Shown here piece by piece: positions 1 through 10,707 of a stretch of DNA of 64,000 nucleotides. The DNA lies in the NCBI GenBank assembly GCA_964016885.1, contig OZ024741.1, forward strand, positions 114,080,001 to 114,144,000, written 5' to 3'. The notes beneath the pieces were generated by a model. That model had not been told where the DNA came from. It saw nothing but the letters and a program-made list of their open reading frames with translations, and did no database searches. Every line of letters begins with the position of its first letter. Within the stretch, counting starts at the first letter, position 1. A program made the translations under genes and the position numbers. This DNA comes from Eledone cirrhosa (taxonomy: Eukaryota).

Positions 1-36
1 CTAGCGTAGAAGAACTGACATAAAATGATGATGATG
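1..36 (+). mobile_element. 3' tail of an RTE-type SINE/LINE, truncated by the window edge
   Basis: GACATAAAATGATGATGATG resembles the GACGTTAAACGATGATGATG termini of the RTE copies in this window. Confidence 0.45.
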
Positions 37-94
37 AAATATAACAGAGTTTTATAGCTCACTTGAAGCATTGATGAATAGGAAAAACAAATTT

Positions 95-430
95 AAATTT
101 TGAAAACCAAGTTGAGGGCCTTTGAACCCCAGGCTATTGCAATAGCTGCTCCTGATTCTAGATGTGGAAGACGGGACCTTTGGTACCACACAGTGACATC
201 CTGTTCGAGAATTGGTCCAGCTCTCGATGCGAAAGTTTGGTCTTAGTCCCCCCCCCCCCAAGGATTTTCCATATGTATATCATTGCATATCTCTCCCGTC
301 TTCATTCCGAGGAGTAGAGTTTCAGTTCTTTTAGACTCTCCATCGTGACCACCTTCTTGGTGTAGCTTCTTTGGATTGCTTCAAGCTCCATGGTTAGTTT
401 GATACTATGGGGGTGACCACAGCTGGGAGC
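95..430 (-). mobile_element. Degraded C-terminal RT fragment of a CR1/L2/Jockey-group LINE
   Basis: Minus strand translates, with frameshifts, to CSQLWSP..SIKLTMELEAIQRSYTKKV..LKELKLYSSE*RRERYAMIYIWKILG..PNFRIESWTNSRTG..RSSYCNSLGFKGPQL, typical of the post-RT region of these LINEs. Confidence 0.75.
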
Positions 431-795
431 ATTCATCATTTCATTTTACGTCCACTTTTTCCCTGCTTGCAAGGGCGGGACGGAAACCGATTCTGGCTTG
501 ATTTCTACAGCTGGATGCTCTTCCTAACACCAACCTCATTTACAGTGAGTGCTGGGTGATTTTTTCCCGTGGCACCTCCACATCCACTTTACAGTGTGGG
601 CTGGGTGCTTTTTTTGCCGTGGCACCTCCACAACCACTTTGCAGTGGAATGATAGGGACCCCAGTCCTATCATCTCATTTCTACAGCTGAGTAAACTGGA
701 GCAATGTGAAATAAAGTGTCTTGCTCAAGGAAACAACACATCACCCGGTGTGAGAATTGAACTCACAACCTTTCGATTGCAAGGCCAATGCTTTC
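431..795 (-). mobile_element. tRNA-derived SINE with an RTE-derived 3' tail
   Basis: On the minus strand the head has a B-box-like GAGTTCAATTC, the central region reads GCAAGACACTTTATTTCACATTGCTCCAGTTTACTCAGCTG, and the tail GTTGGTGTTAGGAAGAGCATCCAGCTGTAGAAA...GGACGTAAAATGAAATGATGAAT matches the RTE 3' UTRs at ~2330-2473. Confidence 0.8.
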
Positions 796-796
796 A

Positions 797-902
797 ATAT
801 GTATGTATATATATATATATATATATATATACTCACACATATATATAAACTAATATATACATACACACATATATATATATATATATATGTGTGTGTATAT
901 AT
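797..902. repeat. (TA)n/(CA)n microsatellite
   Basis: Direct reading. Confidence 0.95.
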
Positions 903-904
903 TA

Positions 905-2473
905 GCCCCCGTTCCATTATCTGGTGGGCTCTTAGAAAACTAGGTGTTGAATGGCTTGTGAGAGCTATACAAGCCATGTATAAAGAAACAGTCAGCAAGG
1001 TTAGAATTAAAACGAATATAGTGAAGAGTTTAGCGTAAAAGTTGGTGTTCATCAGGGCTCCGTTCTTAGCCCCCTACTATTAATTATTGCCCTTCAGGCT
1101 ATAACAGTGGAGTTCAAGACCGGCTGCCCATGGGAACTCCTATACGCAGATGATCTAACGCTCCTAGCTGAATCAATGGCCGAAATAGAGAAGAAATTCC
1201 GAACATGGAAGCATGGCCAAGAATCAAAACGCCTTAAAATTAACCTGTCTAAGACTAAAGTTTTAGTTTGTAGGAAGGAAAATAGGGCGCCAGTCCCATC
1301 CGGGAAATGGCCATGCTCAGTGTGCAGGTAGAAACTCCATTTTATGTCCCAAATGCAAAGTATGGGTGCATAAAAGATGTAGTGGGATCACAGGTAAGCT
1401 AACTAAGAACATAGATTTTATATGTGGCCAGTGCTCTGGTGCAATAAGTAGCAGCAAGTGCCCAAGGAATACTAGCTCATTCCATTGCACAGATGGTTCT
1501 ATAGAAATAGTGGACAGCTTCCGTTACCTGGGCGACAAAATCAGCAGTGGGGGAGGGTGCTCTGAAAGTACAGTACCTAGAGTCAGAACTGGATGGAAAA
1601 AGTTCAGAGAGCTTATACCACTATTAGCCGCTAAATGGTTCTCCCTAAAAATGAAAGGCAGGCTGTATGATGCCTGCATATGAACAGCAATGTTACATGA
1701 CAGTGAGACCTGGGCATTGTGTGCAGAGGATATACGCAGACTGGAGAGGAACGAAGCTTGCATGCTCCGCTGGATGTGTAATAGTAATATATGTGAACGG
1801 CAAAGCATAAACGAACTAAGGGAAAAATTAGAAATAAGGGGGATCAGATGTTGTTTACTCGAGAGAAGACTACGTTGGTATGGTCACGTGATGCGCATGA
1901 AAGACGACAGCTGTATAAAAAAGTGCAGGGCAATAAAAATAGACGGTAGCCACGGAGTAGGCAGACCCAGAAAAACCTGGGACGACTTGATAAATTCCGA
2001 CCTCACACACTTACACCTCTCCAAGACAATATCACTGGACCGAGATCTTTGGCGCTACACAGTAATAGAGAAGACCCGCCTTACCTAAGTACAAAGTGAA
2101 ACCTACTACAGTCAGGAGGCACCTCTAACAAAATACACCCCCGTCCCACTACCCCCACCCCATCGACACCACCGCTTTCAATGTAAAGTTATGTTGGTAC
2201 CACAACATCCAGTCCTAAACAAATGAGGTCGTGTAGGTGTCACGACAAAAAAAAACACACAGTCCACGCTGTAATGTGACCATGTAGGTAACATGGTAAA
2301 AACCTCCCAGTTCCACGCTGTAAGTGTGGTTGGTGTTAGGAAGAGCATCCAGCCGTAGAAAACCCGCCAGACAGTCCTATGCGAGCAAGACAACCACTCT
2401 TGCCTCAAGTGGGAAAACTCCCGTCCAAACCCATGCAAGCGTGGAATATGGACGTTAAACGATGATGATGATG
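905..2473 (+). mobile_element. RTE-clade LINE copy A: 5'-truncated and frameshifted (3' half of RT plus 3' UTR)
   Basis: ORF pieces 757-1038, 1107-1331 (ELLYADDL), 1366-1683 and 1690-2088 (RRLRWYGHVMR, GRPRKTW) are colinear with copy C; ends GGACGTTAAAC(GAT)n. Confidence 0.95.
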
Positions 2474-2487
2474 AATATATATATATA

Positions 2488-5470
2488 TGACTATATAATT
2501 ATTGCAGGCGACCTAAACGGTCACGTTGGACAACATTGTGACGGCTACGACGAAATCCATGGAGGCTATGGGTTTGGTACTAGAAATGAGGAATGCTCCA
2601 GAATCCTGGAATTCTGTGATGCAAATAACCTAACTATCTGTAACACTAACTTCAAAAAACGTGACAATCACCTGATCACCTATAGATCTGGGGGAACACA
2701 CAAACCAGGTAGATTATATCCTTACCAGAAGACGTGACAGAGTGTCTGTCGTAAACACTAAATCCCTCCCCCATGAAGAATGCACCTCCCAACATAGACT
2801 GATAATTAGCGACCTCACAGTCAGGACGAGACGTACTCGACAGCAGAAGAGGACTATCCTCAGGAGAAAAATATGGAAGCTAAAGGACCCCACAGCCAGA
2901 AATAAATTTCAAAGCATATTACTTGATGCTTTCGACAGTAAGGAAGAACATTTACAGTCGGACAATATAGAGGGACAGTGGGAATTTCTGAAAGCAAACC
3001 TGCTGATGGCGACAGACGAAGTCTGTGGCTGGAGCAGGCCGGTAGGCAGGAGGAGAGTAACATGGTGGTGGAACAGTAAAGTGGAGGGGGTCAATTAAGG
3101 CCAAAAAGCAGGCTTGGAAAGTATGGCGGGATGGGGGAAGTAGAGAAGACTATCAAGTGGCCAGGAGGGAACCTAGGAGACAAGTGTACTTAGCAAGAAG
3201 GGAAGCAGAGGAAAGAAAGGTCAAGCATGTTCTACAACGCGAGGACCAAAAACGTGAGGTGTTCAGGATTGCTAGGCAATGCGTCAAGGAAAACCGTGAT
3301 ATTGTCGGGGAGAAGTGTGTACTAAATGATGATGGCACACTTGCCATCACCGACGCTGATAAGAAGGTAGCTTGGAAGTGTCACTATGAAAGGCTACTAA
3401 ATGAGGAGAATAAATGGGAGAAAGACAGTCTCCCCCATAGAGGGACCAGCAGTGTTAGTCGAGGGGAGTATAATAAGTAAGGCAATCAAGGATATGAAGA
3501 CGGGTAAGGCGGCTGGGCCTTCGGAAATAGTTGCTGAGATGCTGAAGGCATCTGGCACGGTGGGACACACCATGGTCACCCGCATAGTTAACCAAGTCGT
3601 ACAGAATGGGGTTGTTCCGAAGGACTGGCATAGCAGCATCATCGTTAACTGTTATAAGGGTAAAGGAGACGCCCTAGATAGGAGTAACTATAGAGGCATT
3701 AAATTAATCGACCAGGTCATGAAGGTCACGGAAAAAGTAATAGCGCAACTATTCAGAGAGAGAATTGACCTAGATAAAATGCAGTTCGGGTTTGTGTCAG
3801 GCAAAAGTACCACAGACGCTCTTTTCATAGTACGACAACTACAGGAGAAGTACCTAGCTAAAGGTAAACCCCTCTACTTAGCTTTTGTCGACTTGGAGAA
3901 AGCCTTTGACAGAGTCCCCCGCTCCATTATCTGGTGGGCTCTTAGAAAACTAGGCGTTGACGAATGGCTTGTGAGGGCTATACAAGCCATGTATAAAGAA
4001 ACAGTCAGCAAGGTTAGAATTAACAACGAATATAGTGAAGAGTTTAGCGTAAAAGTTGGCGTCCATCAGGGCTCTGTTCTCAGCCCCCTACTATTTATTA
4101 TTGCCCTTCAGGCTATAACAGAGGAGTTCAAGACCGGCTGCCCATGGGAACTCCTATATGCAGACGACCTGACACTCATAGCGGAATCAATGGCCGAGCT
4201 AGAGAAGAAATTCCAAACATGGAAGCATGGCCTCGAGTCAAAAGGACTTAAAATTAACCTGGCTAAGACTAAAGTTCTAGTTTGTAGGAAAGAAAACAAG
4301 GCGGCGGTCCCTTCTGGGAAATGGTCGTGCTCGGTATGTAGGAAAGGCGTAGGAAGAAACTCCATTTTATGTCCTAAATGCAAAGTATGGGTGCATAAAA
4401 GATGTAGTGGGATCACAGGTAAGCTAACTAAGAACATAGATTTTACATGTGGCCGGTGTTCTGGTGCAATAGGTAGCAGCAAGTGCCCACAAAATACTAG
4501 CTCTTTCAATTGCGCAGAGGGTTCTATAGAAATAGTGGACAGCTTCCGTTACCTGGGCGATAAAATCAGCAGTGGGGGAGAGTGCTCTGAAAGTACAGTA
4601 GCTAGAGTCAGAACTGGTTGGAAAAAGTTCAGAGAGCTTATACCACTATTAGCTGCTAAAGGGTTCTCCCTAAAAATGAAAGGCAGGTTGTACGATGCCT
4701 GCATACGAACAGCAATGTTGCATGGCAGTGAGACCTGGGCATTGTGTGCAGAGGATATACGCAGACTAGAGAGGAACGAAGCTTGCATGCTCCGCTGGAT
4801 GTGTAACAGTAATATACGTGAACGGCAAAGCATAAACGAACTAAGGAAAAAATTAGAAATAAGAGGGATCAGATGTTGTTTACTCGAGAGAAGGCTACGT
4901 TGGTATGGACACGTGATGCGCATGAAAGTCGATAGCTGTATAACAAAGTGCAGGGCAATAAAGATAGACGGTAGCCACGGAATAGGCAGACCTAGAAAAA
5001 CCTGGGACGAGCTGATAAACTCCGACCTCACACACTTACACCTCTCCAAGACAATGTCACTGGACCGAGACCTTTGGCGGTACTCAGTAACAGAAGACCC
5101 GCCTTGCCAGTAGGCATCTCTAACAAAATACACCCCGTCCCACCACCCCATCCACACCACCCCGTTCTATGTAAAGTTATGTTGGTGCCGCGCCATCCAG
5201 GCCGAAACAAATGAGATCGTGTAGGTGTCACGACAAAAAACACACAGTCCACGCTGTAATGTGGCCGTGTAGGCAACACGGTAAAAACCTCCCAGACCCA
5301 CACTGTAAATGTGGTTGGTGTTAGGAAGGGCATCCAACTGTAGAAAACCTGCCAGACAGTCCTATGCGAGCAAGACAATCACTCTTGCCTCAAGTGGGAC
5401 TACCCCCGTCCAAACCCATGCAAGCGTGGAACACGGACGTTAAACGTTGATGATGATGATGATGATGATG
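2488..5470 (+). mobile_element. RTE-clade LINE copy B: 5'-truncated within the APE endonuclease
   Basis: Starts at DYIIIAGDLNGHVG (EN). The RT ORF 3401-5113 has NYRGIKL, QFGF, AFVDLEKAFDRVPR, GVHQGSVLSPLLF and YADD. Frameshifts near 2695, 3090 and 3436, a short deletion at the ORF end, and a (GAT)n tail. Confidence 0.95.
3401..5113 (+). pseudogene. Reverse transcriptase region of RTE copy B, with an inserted PHD-like finger
   Basis: 570-aa open stretch with the conserved non-LTR RT motifs; the upstream EN part is broken by frameshifts. Confidence 0.9.
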
Positions 5471-6056
5471 ATAGTAATAATAATAATACATATGAAGACT
5501 AAAATCCAAAGAGGGCTCGATAGGGATAAATATATATCAATTATATAAGAACCGTAGATCAAATATTTATTAAAATAACAGATTAAAGTTTAAGCAAAGA
5601 ATCGGCTGCTTTCACCCTTAATGGGATCTTCTGAAACTACAAAAAAAAAAATCAATCTGTGAACGCAGAAGTAAATATTTCGAAAAACGTTGCAACCGAA
5701 GGAAGACAGGAAGGCAATACTTTGGTTCGTGGAGACGTAGTTTTAGGTATTTCTTCCTGCTTGGTACGGGTATGTTCTTTGTAGAAATATTCAGATGTTT
5801 CTGCATGATCAATATAAGTCAATAGAGTACTCAATCAAGGGAGCCAAATAGTAATAATAATAAATTTGAAGACTAACATCCAAAGAGGGCTCAATAAGGA
5901 TAAATATATATCAAATATATAAGAACCGTAGAGCAAATATTTATTAAAATAACAGATTAAAGTTTAAGCAAAGAATCGGCTGCTTTCACCCTTAATGGGA
6001 TCTTCTGAAACTAAAAAAAAAAATCAATTTGTGAACGCAGAAGTAAATATTTCTAA
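5471..6056 (-). repeat. ~1.5 tandem copies of a 374-bp dispersed repeat with a (TAT)n end and a hammerhead-like motif
   Basis: ATAGTAATAATAATAA..TGAAGACTAA.ATCCAAAGAGGGCTC starts at 5471 and ~5848; a third copy starts at ~28217. Confidence 0.85.
5587..5638 (-). ncRNA. Candidate non-canonical type I hammerhead ribozyme (also 5961-6012 and 28329-28379)
   Basis: AGTTT-CAGAAGA-T-CCC-ATTAA-GGG-T-GAAA-GCA-loop-TGC-T-T-AAACT: stems I, II and III can all pair, but the core reads CAGAAGA instead of CUGANGA. Confidence 0.35.
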
Positions 6057-6169
6057 GCCGACCTTTCCCAATTGCACCTCTCAAGGGCAATGACACACGA
6101 CCATGACCTCTAGCATCACACAGTAATACAGAACACCCAACTTTCCACAGGAACATATAGACAATATTT

Positions 6170-9100
6170 GCTTTCCTTTGTTTTTTTATGTCCTATCAAC
6201 TAATCCGACCTCCAAAATGCTTGCAATTGACTATTTTTTTAGCATATTAACAACAAATATGATTTCAACTGCAATTAAAAATGACTAGCTTTGTGAATGG
6301 TTTTTCCACCCACTTTCTGCCTTCATTTTTCTACAAAGCTCATCATTGACGATAGGTTTCAAAGTTATATTCATTCATAATATGTGAAAAAAATAGTCAA
6401 CTGCGAGCATTGGTGTGATGTAAATGGTAGGAGTAGGTGTTTTGTAATAAATTTACCATATAGTGAAGTATGGTTATGGTGTGGATTGGGGTAGATTAAT
6501 GTGCTGTGGTGTGCTTTGTTATAAGCGAGGATTTAAATTTCCACTTTGATTTGTTAGAAAAAAATGTTTCCTTCATTTTTGCATGTGCTATCAACTTCTA
6601 ACATGCTCGAAGTGGATTATGCTTTTAGCATATTAACAAAAAATATGACTTCCGCTGCAATAAAAAATGACTAGCTTTGTAAATGGTATTTCCACCCACA
6701 TCCTCCCTCTTTTTTCTACAAAGCTAGTCATTCTTATCAAGTTTCCATGTCATAACCATTGTTAATATGTGCATAAAATAGTAATTTGCGAGCACCATTT
6801 ATGTCAAATTGGGTGGTAAGCACAAAAAAAAATAAAAAAATTACCAGATGAAAATTTGTTACACCAATAGTTTGGTGTGATGTAGTTTGGTGTGATGTAG
6901 TATGGTGTGGTTTGGTGAAGTTTGTACAAAGATAGTCATTTTCGACAGGTTTCCATGTCATAATTATTGATATGTGAAAAAAAAAAAAAAGTAAATTGGG
7001 AGCACCTGGAAAAATTTTTTTCACACCAAGATCAATAGTATGGTGTAACTTGGAATGGTGTGGTTTGGTTTGGTGAAGTTATGAAATGGAAACAAATTGT
7101 AAACGATAGATTCCCATGTCATATTCATTGATAATGTGTGGGGAAAATAGTCATTTGCAAGCACCTTTGATGCTAGTTTGAGGTGGTAACCACAAAAAAA
7201 AAAAAAGAACAGGTAGCAAAATTTTCACATTGATATCCATACCATGGTGTGATGTAAATAGTAGGAGTAGGTGTTTTGTAATAAATTTACCATATAGTGA
7301 AGTATGGTTATGGTGTGGATTGGGGTAGATTAATGTGGTGTGGTGTGCTTTGTTATAAGTAAGGAATTAAATTTCCACTTTGATTTATGTTAGAAAAAAG
7401 TTTTTCCTTTATTTTTGCATGTGCTATCAACTTCCAAGATGCTCGCAGTGGATTATGCTTTTAGCATATTAACAAAAGATATGACTTCCGCTGCAATAAA
7501 AAATGACTAGCTTTGTAAATGGTATTTCCACCCACATCCTCCCTCTTTTTTCTACAAAGCTAGTCATTTTCATCAGGTTTACATGTCCTAACCATTGATA
7601 ATATGTGCATAAAATAGTAGTTTGCGAGCACCATTTATGTCAAAGTGGGTGGTAAGCAGAGAAAAAAAAAAAAAAAAAAAAAAAATTGACAGATGAAAAT
7701 TTGTCTCACCAAAATCAATAGTTTGGTGTGATGTAGTATGGTGTGGTTTGATGAAGTTTCTACAAAGATAGTCATTTTCGACAGGTTTCCATGTCATAAT
7801 TATTGATAAGTGGAAAAAAAATAGTCAATTGGGAGCACCTTTAATGTCAGATTGGGTGGTAAGCACACACACAAAAAAAAAAAAAGGAAACGGGAAGAAA
7901 ATGTTTCACACCAAGATCAATAGCTTGGTGCGATGCAGTATGGTGTAACTTGGTATGGTGTGGGTTGGTTTGGTTTGGTAAAGTTATGAAATGGAAACCA
8001 ATTGGAAACGATAGATTCCCATGTCATATTCATTGATAATGTGTGGGAAATTAGTCATTTGCAAGCACCTTTGATGTTAGTTTGAGATGGTAACCACAAA
8101 AAAAAAAAAACAAAAAAAAACAGGTAGCAAATTTGTCACATTGATCTCAATACCATGGTGTGATGTAAATGGTAGGTGTTCTGTAATAAATTTACCATAT
8201 AGTGAACTATGGTTATGGTGAATTTATGGTGTGGTTTGGGGTAGATTAATGTGCTGTGGTGTGCTTTGTTACAAGTGAGGATTTAAATTTCCACTTTGAT
8301 TTATGTTAGAAAAAAAATCTATCCTTCATTTTTGCATGTGCTATCAACTTCCAAGATGCTCGCAGTGGATTATGCTTTTAGCATATTAACAAAAGATATG
8401 ACTTCCGCTGCAATAAAAAATGACTAGCTTTGTAAATGGTATTTCCACCCACATCCTCCCTCTTTTTTCTCCAAAGCTAGTCATTTTTATCAGGTTTCCA
8501 TGTCATAACCATTGATAATATGTGCATAAAATAGTAATTTGCGAGCACCTTTTAGGTCAAATTTGGTGGTAAGCACAAAAAAAAAAAAAAAAAGAAAAGC
8601 CAGATGAAAATTTGTCACACGAAAATCAATAGCTTGGTGTGATGTAGTATGGTATGGTTTGGTGAAGTTTCTACAAAGATAGTCATTTTCGACAGGTTTC
8701 CATGTCATAATTATTGATATGTGAAAAAAAAAAAAGTAAATTGGGAGCACCGGGAAAAATTTTTTTCACACCAAGATCAATAGCTTGGTGCGATGTAGTA
8801 TGGTGTAACTTGGTATGGTGAAGTTATGAAATGGAAACCAATTGTAAACGATAGATTCCCATGTCATAATCATTGATAATGTGTGGGAATATAGTCATTT
8901 ACAAACACCTTTGATGTTAGTTTGAGGTGGTAACCACAAACAAAAAAAAAAAAAGCAGGTAGCAAATTTGTCACATTGATCTCAATACCATGGTGTGATG
9001 TTAATGGTAGGAGTATGTGTTCTGTAATAAATTTACCATATAGTGAACTATGGTTATGGTGCATTTATGGTGTGGATTGGGGTAGATTAATGTGCTGTGG

Positions 9101-10667
9101 TGTGCTTTGTTATAAGTGAGGATTTAAATTTCCACTTTGATTTATGTTAGAAAAAAAATTTTTCCTTTATTTTTGCATGTGCTATCAACTTCCAAGATGC
9201 TCGCAGTGGATTATGCTTTTAGCATATTAACAAAAGATATGACTTCGGCTGCAATAAAAAATGACTAGCTTTGTCAATGGTATTTCCACCACATCCTCCC
9301 TCTTTTTTCTCCAAAGCTAGTCATTTTTATCAGGTTTCCATGTCATAACCATTGATAATATGTGCATAAAATAGTAATTTGCGAGCACCTTTTAGGTCAA
9401 ATTTGGTGGTAAGCACAAAAAAAAAAAAAAAAAGAAAAGTGCCAGATGAAAATTTGTCACACGAAAATCAATAGCTTGGTGTGATGTAGTATGGTATGGT
9501 TTGGTGAAGTTTCTACAAAGATAGTCATTTTCAACAGGTTTCCATGTCATAATTATTGATATGTGAAAAAAAAAAAGTAAATTGGGAGCACCGGGAAAAA
9601 TTTTTTTCACACCAAGATCAATAGCTTGGTGCGATGTAGTATGGTGTAACTTGGTATGGTGAAGTTATGAAATGGAAACCAATTGTAAACGATAGATTCC
9701 CATGTCATAATCATTGATAATGTGTGGGAATATAGTCATTTACAAACACCTTTGATGTTAGTTTGAGGTGGTAACCACAAACAAAAAAAAAAAAAAAGCA
9801 GGTAGCAAATTTGTCACATTGATCTCAATACCATGGTGTGATGTAAATGGTAGGTCTTCTGTAATAAATTTACCATATAGTGAACTATGGTTATGGTGAA
9901 TTTATGGTGTGGTTTGGGGTAGATTAATGTGGTGTGGTGTGCTTTGTTATAAGTAAGGAATTAAATTTCCACTTTGATTTATGTTAGAAAAAAGTTTTTC
10001 CTTTATTTTTGCATGTGCTATCAACTTCCAAGATGCTCGCAGTGGACTATGCTTTTAGCATATTAACAAAAAATATGATTTCCGCTGCAATAAAAAATGA
10101 CTAGCTTTGTAAATGGTATTTCCACCCACATCCTCCCTCTTTTTTCTACAAAGCTAGTCATTCTTATTAGGTTTCCATATCATAACCATTGATAATATGT
10201 GCATAAAATAGGAATTTGCGAGCACCTTTTAGGTCAAATTTGGTGGTAAGCAAAAAAAAAAAAAAAAAAAAAAAAAAGTGCCAGATGAAAATTTGTCACA
10301 CGAAAATCAATAGCTTGGTGTGATGTAGTATGGTATGGTTTGGTGAAGTTTCTACAAAGATAGTCATTTTCGACAGGTTTCCATGTCATAATTATTGATA
10401 AGTGGAAAAAAAATAGTTAATTGGGAGCACCTATAATGTCAGATTGGGTGGTAAGCACACACACACAAAGAAAAAAGGAAACGGGAAGAAAATGTTTCAC
10501 ACCATGATCAATAGCTTGGTGCGATGTAGTATGGTGTAACTTGGTATGGTGAAGTTATGAAATGGAAACCAATTGTAAACGATAGATTCCCATGTCATAT
10601 TCATTGATAATGTGTGGGAAAATAGTCATTTGCAAACACCTTTGTTGTTATTTTGAGATGGTAACCA

Positions 10668-10707
<40 letters not shown>

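Noticed and set aside
735-795. tRNA gene
   Set aside because: Only a B-box-like motif with no complete cloverleaf, and it is continuous with the SINE body
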